Below, piece by piece: positions 39,701 to 47,600 of a stretch of DNA of 64,000 bases (position 1 is the stretch's first letter; the number at the start of each line of letters is the position of its first letter). The DNA is taken from assembly GCA_037379345.1 (NCBI GenBank), contig CM074520.1:33700664-33764663 (forward strand). Direction: 5' to 3'. A model generated the notes under the pieces. That model did not search any database and was not told the origin of the DNA. It worked only from the letters and a program-made list of their open reading frames with translations. The DNA is from Perna viridis. Lineage: Eukaryota. The position numbers were made by a program, and so were the translations under genes.

Positions 39701-41219
39701 TAATCTTTACATGACTGACAATCCATACATGTACTCAAATAAAGGGAGACAATGCTCCATCAGTGCATTGTGATATTTCCAACTACGATCTGGGTATCGG
39801 GGAACCGTTTACACAATTCTGATCCGATTCTATAATCGCTTCAACCAGAAGTACCAAAAGTAAACAAACACATGCTTGAATGGCAACCAGAAGACTTGTC
39901 ACTCCACCAGCTGAATATAAATCTGTTGTGTGGAGGCAAAAAATAGCATAAACTAAAGCTTGAACAAGCCATATGATTACTAGATGCAAAAATATTCAGT
40001 GACATCAAAGGAGATCTAAGTAAGAATCATGACACGTATTGTATCATCAGCCAGGTATTGTGATACGTATAATATCATCAGTCTGGCACCGTGATATGTA
40101 TTGTATTGTCAGGCAATAGAATAATTATTTACCTACTCAAATATATATATAATTAATTCATATCGAAGACACAAGGACATCACCTACCTCACATTGCAAT
40201 ACGTGTCGTGATACAAGGGTGACGATGAAAATGACACACATCAGCATATTGTACTATATATTTTCTTCAATTTAGAATAAAAAATATTCAACAGATTTAA
40301 AAAATGATGAATTGGCTTCATACTTAAAGTCTAAAAACTTGGTCTAAACAAAGATAAATGGATTTTCCTTACAAGACATGTCCTTCTTCACTATTTGCAT
40401 AGTAATTTTATCAAATGCTTGTGAAAAAAGTTGTATTTTGACCTGTATTGTATTGTATCCAAACCTTAGTCAAATATATAGTATCGTAACCAAAAATAAT
40501 GTGATACATCAATAGTGCAATGAATAGTTTCATCCTTACAAGACATACATTTAAAGCTTTCATTCAGTCAATGGGTCTATTTTTAATGTTTTCAAAACAT
40601 GCAAAAAACACATACAAAAGAATGCTTTATGTCAATTTGCAAATGAGGAAATTGAAACATAATGTAAACTTTACCCAGGTCAAGAGTAAATTTAGTGTCC
40701 TAATCTACAGAAATTGAAAACTTACCATCTCACAAATACAAATGAGGATTTACAAGGGAGACAATATACTATACATTAGAGAACTCACGTACACGAAAGT
40801 TATCCATTCAATAACAACAAAGATTGAAGATAACCACCTTTTTTTGTTCTGGTTCTTTTTTTTTCCATTAATACTTATAAATTTTTTTATTCCTTATTAT
40901 GGAAATAAATAATGATTTATACCTGCTCTGCAACCTTTCTCAGCTGCTTTTCCCTTTCATATTGGGTCAGCAACTGTTCATTGTCATCTCTCAACAGCTC
41001 AACATCAACTTCACATACTTGCTTGTCTTGAAGTGCCTGATCAAGTCCCTCCAACAAACCTACTGTTAGAGGCATTAATTCTTTAACAACATCTTCATCA
41101 TATTTCTTGATCATGCGTTCGAACTCTTTATAAACATTCGTGGCAAGTGCTGAAACCTTCTCGGACATAACATGACCCTCTTCATTTGTACCGTAAACAG
41201 TTTCAGCTATCGCCGCCAT
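568..41219 (-). CDS. MAPK8IP3/SPAG9: JIP3/JIP4-like C-Jun-amino-terminal kinase-interacting protein (RH1/LZI, JNK-binding motif, LZII, RH2, WD40-like C-terminus); 27 coding exons in window, 3' end beyond left edge
   Basis: Hallmark peptides: [33 protein letters not shown] (RH1), [37 protein letters not shown] (LZII), [41 protein letters not shown] (RH2), [36 protein letters not shown]. All exons are GT-AG and join in frame (3691 nt). Confidence 0.96.
1226..1377 (-). CDS. MAPK8IP3/SPAG9: JIP3/4 exon 26
   Basis: tataag|(D)[23 protein letters not shown]...[20 protein letters not shown]|gtaagt. Confidence 0.95.
1709..1776 (-). CDS. MAPK8IP3/SPAG9: JIP3/4 exon 25
   Basis: tttcag|[22 protein letters not shown]|gtaagt. 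Confidence 0.95.
2203..2283 (-). CDS. MAPK8IP3/SPAG9: JIP3/4 exon 24
   Basis: ttccag|[26 protein letters not shown]|gtaagt. Confidence 0.95.
2682..2901 (-). CDS. MAPK8IP3/SPAG9: JIP3/4 exon 23
   Basis: ttgcag|QTGDGLHP...[16 protein letters not shown]|gtaaat. Confidence 0.92.
3105..4537 (+). mobile_element. Non-autonomous Helentron-type element (HINE/DINE-1/pearl-like) with internal ~330-bp tandem array
   Basis: 5' palindrome AGGCTC-AAGA-GAGCCT, subterminal GCTCACTTGG (3132), (GAC)n microsatellite ~4467, 3' hairpin AGCTCACTTGGCC-TTT-GGCCAGGTGAGCT (4501-4529) followed by an A-run. Confidence 0.8.
3220..4450 (+). repeat. Tandem array of ~330-bp units (about 3.7 copies) inside the HINE
   Basis: Anchor GAAGAAGATTTTCAAAGTTG at 3421, 3751 and 4083; the two central units are nearly identical. 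Confidence 0.9.
4596..4673 (-). CDS. MAPK8IP3/SPAG9: JIP3/4 exon 22 (78 nt, phase 1-1)
   Basis: ttatag|(D)[26 protein letters not shown]|gtaaga. Confidence 0.75.
5662..5862 (-). CDS. MAPK8IP3/SPAG9: JIP3/4 exon 21
   Basis: ttaaag|(G)[11 protein letters not shown]...GSPKSK G|gtttgt. Confidence 0.88.
6683..6860 (-). CDS. MAPK8IP3/SPAG9: JIP3/4 exon 20
   Basis: atttag|DHEKNLKG...[23 protein letters not shown]...ILCIASIA G|gtaaga. Confidence 0.94.
7712..7870 (-). CDS. MAPK8IP3/SPAG9: JIP3/4 exon 19
   Basis: taacag|[27 protein letters not shown]...NQELK|gtcaac. Confidence 0.94.
8240..8394. mobile_element. ~155-bp MITE, copy 1
   Basis: Imperfect TIRs TAGACCCTTTCATG...GGGTAGTTGATG / CATCAACTACCC...AAGGATCTA; related copy at 9935-10087. 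Confidence 0.65.
9058..9280 (-). CDS. MAPK8IP3/SPAG9: JIP3/4 exon 18
   Basis: ctctag|LSDKAKKE...[13 protein letters not shown]...[18 protein letters not shown]|gtagga. Confidence 0.95.
9748..9804 (-). CDS. MAPK8IP3/SPAG9: JIP3/4 candidate cassette exon 17 (57 nt, phase 2-2)
   Basis: ctttag|[18 protein letters not shown]|gtacgt; open and symmetric; no homology support. Confidence 0.5.
9935..10087. mobile_element. ~155-bp MITE, copy 2
   Basis: TAGATCTTTTCAT...GGGTAGTC ... GACTACTCTG...ATGAAAGGGTCTA. Confidence 0.6.
10251..10637 (+). mobile_element. Second HINE copy, non-amplified core, 3' hairpin truncated
   Basis: Shares the 5' end (AACTAGAGGCTCAAGAGAGCCTGTATCGCTCACCTGG...) and the 3' GACGACG...CCAAGTGATGGCATAAGCTC with 3105-4537. 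Confidence 0.85.
11297..11400 (+). repeat. Tandem duplication, 2 x 52 bp
   Basis: TATTCTCAGAT.TGTAGTGCTG.ACATATCATGACAAGCAGAAAAAAAGTAG twice. Confidence 0.88.
12181..12350. mobile_element. Fold-back MITE
   Basis: ~55-bp imperfect inverted arms (TTGTTTTACCACTGGCTGGCC / GGCCAGCCAATGGTAAAACAA); partial relative near 23243-23375. Confidence 0.6.
13000..13179 (-). CDS. MAPK8IP3/SPAG9: JIP3/4 exon 16
   Basis: tttcag|(F)[11 protein letters not shown]...VKYNAPT...KAYEFMQDE|gtaagt; completes the conserved IWxFFSxLF motif. Confidence 0.92.
17035..17395. mobile_element. MITE with 20-bp TIRs
   Basis: TCTGTCTAAGAATCAGGCAA / TTGCCTGATTCTTACACAGA. Confidence 0.65.
18365..18546. mobile_element. Tc1/mariner-type MITE
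   Basis: TA-CAGTCAAACCTGT ... ACAGGTTTGACTA termini. Confidence 0.6.
20268..20640 (+). mobile_element. ~370-bp interspersed MITE-like repeat, copy A
   Basis: Similar to 45378-45732 (same orientation) and 29578-29950 (inverted); shares TAAGAATC.GGCA end with the 17035 element. Confidence 0.65.
22316..22521 (+). repeat. Interspersed repeat fragment (second copy ~49602-49783)
   Basis: Shared TAACTCTTGCAAAGTG, CTGGTTATGTG, TGCATGAATCA and TGCTACTT blocks. Confidence 0.55.
22685..23143 (+). repeat. Direct tandem duplication, 2 x ~220-240 bp
   Basis: CAGATTTTAATTCAAATACC...CAAACAACGATATTTTGATC repeated almost identically with two small indels. Confidence 0.9.
26140..26336 (-). CDS. MAPK8IP3/SPAG9: JIP3/4 exon 15 (RH2)
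   Basis: ttcaag|[28 protein letters not shown]...SSIWN|gtaagt. Confidence 0.96.
26571..26638 (+). repeat. Tandem duplication, 2 x ~37 bp
   Basis: CACTTGGACTTCAAACCACAGCTGTGGCCAT twice. Confidence 0.85.
26825..26972 (-). CDS. MAPK8IP3/SPAG9: JIP3/4 exon 14
   Basis: cttcag|[16 protein letters not shown]...KEEDE|gtagtc. Confidence 0.9.
27263..27319 (-). CDS. MAPK8IP3/SPAG9: JIP3/4 exon 13 (LZII)
   Basis: tttcag|(K)[18 protein letters not shown]|gtaaat. Confidence 0.95.
27533..27590 (-). CDS. MAPK8IP3/SPAG9: JIP3/4 exon 12 (LZII start)
   Basis: ttacag|(G)[18 protein letters not shown]|gtaagt. Confidence 0.95.
29325..29342 (-). CDS. MAPK8IP3/SPAG9: JIP3/4 micro-exon 11 (18 nt, phase 1-1)
   Basis: caacag|(V)SDNFF G|gtaagc; TACTAAC branch point at 29374-29380; resembles vertebrate JIP3 VRDDFF insert. 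Confidence 0.75.
29578..29950 (-). mobile_element. ~370-bp interspersed MITE-like repeat, copy B (inverted)
   Basis: Ends ...TTTCACCTTCTGCCTGATTCTTACAGAGACTGAC, the approximate reverse complement of copy A's start. Confidence 0.65.
30687..30728 (-). CDS. MAPK8IP3/SPAG9: JIP3/4 micro-exon 10 (42 nt, phase 1-1)
   Basis: atacag|(D)[14 protein letters not shown]|gtacga; open, frame-preserving, UG-rich acceptor tract. Confidence 0.6.
31853..31888 (-). CDS. MAPK8IP3/SPAG9: JIP3/4 micro-exon 9 (36 nt, phase 1-1)
   Basis: ataaag|(G)[12 protein letters not shown]|gtgagg; open and frame-preserving. Confidence 0.72.
31954..32109 (+). repeat. Minisatellite, 4 x 39 bp
   Basis: ATAATCATCT(G/C)TATCAACCATTTTTATCATTTATTAACT units at 31954, 31993, 32032, 32071. 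Confidence 0.92.
32581..32666 (-). CDS. MAPK8IP3/SPAG9: JIP3/4 exon 8
   Basis: ttgtag|[29 protein letters not shown]|gtagga; matches the conserved ESLFEEL...GDVDEGADL region. Confidence 0.9.
33233..33338 (-). CDS. MAPK8IP3/SPAG9: JIP3/4 exon 7
   Basis: ctgaag|[19 protein letters not shown]...MNS|gtaagt; TTPEL resembles JIP STPEL. Confidence 0.85.
34376..34702 (-). CDS. MAPK8IP3/SPAG9: JIP3/4 exon 6, acidic low-complexity symmetric (phase 1-1) exon, probably a cassette
   Basis: tgttag|[10 protein letters not shown]...EYEEDKIF G|gtaagt; 327 nt open frame. Confidence 0.75.
35693..35961 (-). CDS. MAPK8IP3/SPAG9: JIP3/4 exon 5 (RPxS-type JNK-binding-like segment)
   Basis: ttttag|[16 protein letters not shown]...ETSTGT|gtgagt; phases 2/1 fit neighbours. 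Confidence 0.88.
36346..36434 (-). CDS. MAPK8IP3/SPAG9: JIP3/4 exon 4
   Basis: caccag|[17 protein letters not shown]...SPRT|gtaagt. Confidence 0.92.
36736..36806 (-). CDS. MAPK8IP3/SPAG9: JIP3/4 exon 3
   Basis: tttcag|(V)[23 protein letters not shown]|gtatgg. Confidence 0.93.
37183..38520. mobile_element. hAT-like non-autonomous DNA transposon
   Basis: TIRs CAGTGTTCTCCCAAGG / CCTGGGGAGAACACTG; flanks ATTTAAC(C) and ATTGAACC resemble a degenerate 8-bp TSD; no transposase. Confidence 0.7.
39182..39302 (-). CDS. MAPK8IP3/SPAG9: JIP3/4 exon 2
   Basis: ttgcag|KYLEMEDS...KNSADH G|gtaaac. Confidence 0.93.
40923..41219 (-). CDS. MAPK8IP3/SPAG9: JIP3/4 exon 1 (start codon, RH1)
   Basis: [10 protein letters not shown]...LRKVAEQ|gtataa; 297 nt, phase 0. 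Confidence 0.95.
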
Positions 41220-41439
41220 CGTTAATTTGCGAAAATCTTAAACGGTTGGTGAATAATTAGAAAGGTTTGCTACATTTTGTTAAGGTGCTAAATATACATG
41301 AAACAAGCAGGGTCTGTTAATGTTTTGACGTCTGAAGCGTCGTCCATCTTGACAAGTTGATGTATGAATTATCATGTGACATACTGGGCATGCGCGAAAT
41401 TAATATTGACATTTCCGGTTTGGAGGCCAATACAAAAAC
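41220..41439. promoter_or_regulatory. Bidirectional promoter and 5'UTRs shared by the JIP3/4 and AtuA-like genes
   Basis: Divergent ATGs 220 bp apart; locally CpG-richer; CRE-like TGACGTCT 41326, YY1-like CCATCTT ~41345, M-box/E-box TCATGTGAC 41372, NRF1-like GGGCATGCGC 41386, ETS-like TTCCGG 41413. Confidence 0.75.
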
Positions 41440-41608
41440 ATGACAGTGCTCAAAGTCCTAGCCAGAAAAATACCTAAAACACTCGCCAGATTAACACTGC
41501 CATACAAAACACGATGCACAAATTTGAGATTTTCATCTCACCTTTTAAAAGGGAGGACTGTCAGAATAGGTTGTGCTTGTGGATTTTGGGGTGACACTGC
41601 TGTTGCCG
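41440..41608 (+). CDS. atuA: AtuA-like exon 1
   Basis: [10 protein letters not shown]...[10 protein letters not shown]|gtatat. Confidence 0.9.
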
Positions 41609-44600
41609 GTATATTGAATTTTAATCTCTTACATGTACATGGCTACATCATGCATTGAGTTCAAAGGTTCAAACTTTCTTATACCTGCTGCATGAAATTT
41701 TTTCAAAGTTCATAAGATAAAAACAATATGATCATTTGAATTAAAAGTGGTTGGATCTGACTATCTGTTGTTGAATGAGATATGATATAGTTTGGGATTA
41801 AATATTGTACTAATCGTTTTATCATATATCAAAATATATTAAAACTGAAAAACATACAAATACATAAAGATAACAGTACAGAAGAATTGCACACCTGTTA
41901 TGAATTGTGCGGTTTATTACAAACTCAATAATAAAGAGTTTTTTTAGTACACACTATTCATGTTTCTTAAAATAATGCAATACAAGGGTGTGGAGTTTAC
42001 AAATTATGTAAATTATTATTCAGATTTTGATCTACTCTTTACTTTCAAGGGTAAGCTGGGAAATACAAAGAACCAATGAAGGGAATTTCCTGTTGTAATA
42101 ACTGTTCTATGGAATACTCTAAATGTTTAGAAAAATGGGAAACAAGGATTTTAAACTCTGTTTTTAAAAATCTGTTGTGGAATATGATTTAAGTGCAATT
42201 TTCATATTTAAAAAAAAATATTTGCTTATTTTATCATTATAAAATCACAGAAGACTTTCAATTAACAATTAAGAATAATAAATAAGTGAACATTAGCCAC
42301 ATTTAAAAGATAAAAGGGAATTAAATCAAAATGAAATGTGTTAAAGCACAGAAAGTGTTAATTAACCCTAGAAATTAAATTTTAAGGTTTGTGAATTTGC
42401 TACAAAAACATTTCTCATTCATTGCCAATTAATTACCAAGTCAGTTCAGGCATTTTGTTTTTACAAACTAATTGTTGACACCAGTTTCAATTAACTTGAC
42501 GGGAGCTTAAGGCCTTCTTTCTTATCATTACATTAAATAATAACATTAATTAGGAATTGAAGGGATGAACTTTTTGAAGGACTAAGGACTCCACTTACTT
42601 TGTACTGGTACATTGCATAGACTATGGTTGAAGCCTTTAATACATACAATACAAAAAAGTTTAAAGCATAAGGATACACCTGGGAGGGCAAATATAGGGG
42701 TGTCTAATGATGATGTGTGTAGTTAAGAAATTATAATTAAAATTTTGGGACCTACTGTAAACTAGGCATTAATAAACTATATATGAAGTGTGCATATATA
42801 TATGTATCATATGTATATTTCCCAGTTTTTTAGTGGGAATTCCTTGTATTTTCTATTGCCTGAGAAGTACATGGGAGCTCCTGTACTTGGCAATAACAAT
42901 ACTGGTGTAAAAATTTGTTCCAGTACTGTGATTTTTTTTTCAAAATTTTGTAAAATACTTGTATACCAGTATTGTACTTAGTATTATAATTTAATAATGA
43001 AAATATGATATCACAGTCTTACAGTGTATTGGATTGGATTAGTTCATGCCATCAACTATTGAAAAGCAAAAGAGATGAAGAACAGCAATAAAAACACTCT
43101 TGTTTTGCTTTCAGAGATTTTGTGTCATCTATTTATATGCTAGTTGTCATATCCCTTCTTTACTATTAAGTAAACTGGGGAAAAAAGACCTTGAAAAGAT
43201 CAAAGAAAATGAATACCTAGTCAATCTACTACAAGAACAGGGTCCACTTTAGACTAAGACCATTGAAGATTTAAGACTCACTCTAATGACAGTAGCTGTG
43301 TATCACCACCTTGATATGTAATTTTATCATGATATTTTAATTTGTTCTTAATTGTGATTTGATTTGCGCTTTCATTAAAACAGTGCTCAATTTTCTCCTA
43401 ACATGTACAATGTACAAATTAAATGTCATACAACAGTTTTTGCAGTCTTTCATATCAAAGTCAACATTGCTACATCAATAAAAGTTAATCCTGTGTAGAA
43501 ATGGGTAATGACAAAACAGTACTTGAGTTAAATTTTCACAATGCTCATGACAATACTTACTTGTAACAATACTATAGATATACAAGTAATATATATATTT
43601 TTAAAAATCACAATACTGGTACAATACCAGTATACAATACTGGAACAAATTTTTATACCTGTATTGCAATCGCCAAGTACAGGAGATCCAGTACATGTAT
43701 GATTATTTCATGCTATTTGGCTACCTTGCAAGATAGTGATTGTTTGCAAACCAAAATAGTATCTAACTATATTGAAGAAAATTACTAATATAAGTTAAGT
43801 AGTCTATCACATGTATGTTAAAATACATGTCTAAACTCACCTTTGTTATTTGATTTGGATGATAATTAATTTTCGTCTATAAAATTTAAGCTAGGAAACT
43901 TGTTTGTTGTTATGATTTATTTACCATGCAAATTTTTCTTTAATCTTCATGTGATGGCTTTTTTTTGAGATTTTGAACTTAAACAATGTAGTAGAAGACA
44001 TGCATTTATCTCCAAAATTTGTCCTACTGTACAGTATACAGATATGATTTTTATTTCATATTCGATATGACATGAGTGGGAAATATGCATCTCTATAAGT
44101 CATCCTACTTTCAGCTCATTGGTGAGTTGTTATGGCCTTTCTGTTAGTTCCTGATTCCCTTTCTATTATTAATAATGATATACTTCATACCAAAATGTTG
44201 TCACATGCCAAATTTTAATTGGTAGAGTAGGGTCAATCTGATTAAAGTATGCCATCTGACATGTGCCAAGTCAAAATTCTGTATGAAAATAAGAGTAATC
44301 AAAGATTTAATTTTGAAAGGGAAAATAGCGTACTGAAAGAGTTAGTTTTAAATTGGAGAGTAGCATAATCAAAGATATGATTTTAATTAGTTTGTAAAAT
44401 GTTGTATTATTTATGATCAACAGAATCAAGTTACTTTGCACAGAATTATCAATTTCATACAATTTAAAGTAACAATGAATTTCCACGATTGTACTTTAAT
44501 ACAGGTTCACCAATGAAATGATGACAAGTCAATGAGTTATGTTAACTTTCTCAGACTTACTAGTGATATAAAATTTAATAAAAGTAAATGTAGAGAAGTT

Positions 44601-47600
44601 GATAGGTAAAGAAAAATTTACTACTCATGATATTATAAGTAGTGACAAACATGGTGGTAAATAGTTACAAAGTAAATTTTAAGTTGTTTCAACTAATTTC
44701 ATCATTAAATCTTAGAGTAAGGTTTACCTTTTAGTGGTACTTGTCATAATTGTGATTTTCTGAAAGATTAAGCATAGTTTATGGTTGTTTAGAAAGTTCA
44801 CAGCATTTTTGTCACTTTATTCCGTTTTGTGTTAGTGTCATTCTTGGATGGATTCACTAGTGAAATTCCCAGCACCAGTAACCGTGCATACAATGATGTT
44901 TGGGGGATAGATTTAATCTTCTCTTGATTAGTAAGTTATTATTACCTGATAAATTTACTATCAATATCTAAATAATCGTCTGATCGACAGTTTAAATCTC
45001 CTTCATTCTCAGTTCAACTACCTAAGGAAGATCATGAGATGATTTAAGAAATAATTCGTGCAGGGGTTCATTTTATCTTTGGTATGGCATTTATATTCTC
45101 ATTTAACACCTCGCTATCGCTCAGTGTTAAATAATCAAATATAAATGCCGTACCCAAATTAAAATGAGTACAAATCTACCCCTCCACAAATTATTTCTTT
45201 TCTAATAGGACAAATACGGTAATTTTTGTGACAAAAATTTCCCTAGGCATAGCCAAAATAACAGCTGTTCTGTTTAACCTCCCCCGTATAGAAGCGAAAG
45301 AAAAGAGACAGTGCACAGGTGCTAAAGATGGGGTTGTACTTACATATACTGTTTGACGATACAAAGACGTCATATTAGTTGAATCAAGCAGTAGGTGAAA
45401 CATGGTTTGAAAAAAAACCCATTCTGAAAGTTTAAATTTTACTATTTGCACCATCATAATTAATGAAAAAAGACGAGATTATCTATATCACTTTGGTAAA
45501 TTGAGTTATAAATTCATTAAAATGCAGTGAAAATGAACATTTCAATGGAGGATGACCCTTTCAAAAACCCTAATTCTTCTAACATTCTATTGAAAAAATT
45601 CTGAGTTAATCCAGGGATCCAACTATGAAATAATGGTCTTTTCAAATGGAGAAAGCATCCTTCAGTTTATTGTCAGATCCGTGGGTTTTTGACATGCATG
45701 TTTCTGATTTTTCCTAATTTGCATGATTCTTTCAAAAACTTGCACTCAATCAAGTGAAAAGAAACTATCCCCTGAATATGCCATCATTTTATACCCGGTA
45801 AGCAATAAGAGATGGTTATATTTGTCAAAAATGTAAGAAATCTCAAAGTAAAATATATTACATTTGGATCTTTATTTGATAATTTCAGCACCACAGTTGA
45901 TCTATGGAACCAAGCTGAATTATTTGGTCTTTGATTATCTGTCAGAGATCACTATGTCTCTCCTCATATCTGCTAAACACAAACAACCGGTAAGTAATCA
46001 GTTTTATTTCAAGGCTTTTATTTTTGAAATGCCAATTAAGGGATGTCAGTAGTATTTTAGTAGCAGGAAAAAAAAGAAAAAGTAGCAGGTAAATCTATGA
46101 AAATATGGAAAGAGTTCAATAGAGATGAGCAAGTAGCTGTCCAATATTGCTGGTTGACAGCTTCTGTTGAAATCTGTGGCCATGCATCCAATACTTGTAA
46201 CAGAATAGTCAGCAAATGATAAAATATAAACTGAATCTGTATATTTGTACATGTAGTTAAACACACTATATGATTTATTTAAATGTACATACATGTAATT
46301 GTATCCTCACCAAATTCAAACCAAGTATTGAATACTGGATAGTCAGGGGATTGTGGAGGTGTTAAGAGGAAATCCCAATATTTTTACCGAACTCAGAACT
46401 ACATGTAAGGAGACTATCTATAATGTATTTTCAAGCTCAAACTTTCATGATTTTATATGTTTTTTATTGATAGAATTTGGGATATGCTCCAGATTTTGTT
46501 CAAATCTGTCTAGCTCCATTCATTAAAGACATAAAGTCTAAAGGTAAGTATTAAACACCATTATCACATGTGCATTATACATTCAGGCTGAAAGTGAGTA
46601 CAGAATGAGTAATGAGTCATAAGACTTAATATTTATAATTATGTTATCAATTTATTTCATTCAGTTATTGTAAAATGAAATTTTTAAGTCTACTGTAAAA
46701 CTTTTGATTTATTTTGAAGTGAATGCCATTATAAAGACATATCTTTTTCACTTTGCTCATGTTTAACAGGTATTAAAGTGATCAGTAATGCTGGTGGCGT
46801 TAATCCACAATCATGTGCTGAAGCTTTACAACAAGTTTGTACCACAGCTGGAGTCCATTTAAATATTGCTGTTGTCACTGGGGATGATTTAATGCCAAAA
46901 GTTAGTAATTGAATTGATTATAGAGCTTACTTGATACACTGAAAAGTTGAGGTATAAAAAACATTATGATTTATCTCCCTTTACAGATGGCAAAATATCA
47001 AATCTGAAAATATTATGCTGAAATGCCAGCAGATAGTTTTTGATTTTGGCATTCGAAGGACTCTATTCTCTATCAAATGTAATATATCTTTGAGTTCAAG
47101 AAGCTACCAGCATATTTTTACTTTCAGCAGAATATTTAGAAATATTGTTTTGTTTGGAATGACAATAAGAACATATTTGGTGTATTTTAAGGTGCATTAA
47201 AGGTATATTCAGTAAATTATCGTCTATTTTTTTTATTTTCAGAAAAAAGAACTAGAGCAGAGGAATATAACTGATATGGATTCTGGTCTCACTTTCCCTA
47301 AAACTATCCACAGTATGAATGCTTACTTGGGGTGAGAATATAATGAATAAACAGCATATCATGCTAGTAACTAGATAAATATTTGCTAACAAAAGTTTAA
47401 AACATTTACATGTATGATTCAGGCCACATGTGTATTTAGACAATTCACATACTGTCCATACAGTAAGGGTAATTTCTAGAAATATATAAATGGTTGGACC
47501 ATACGATCTGACATTTTATAAACTACGTCTTAAACTTCCTTCAGTATTTTAGAACTTTGTGAGTATTGTTCATCTCTAATACAGTGTGATAGAATTGAAC

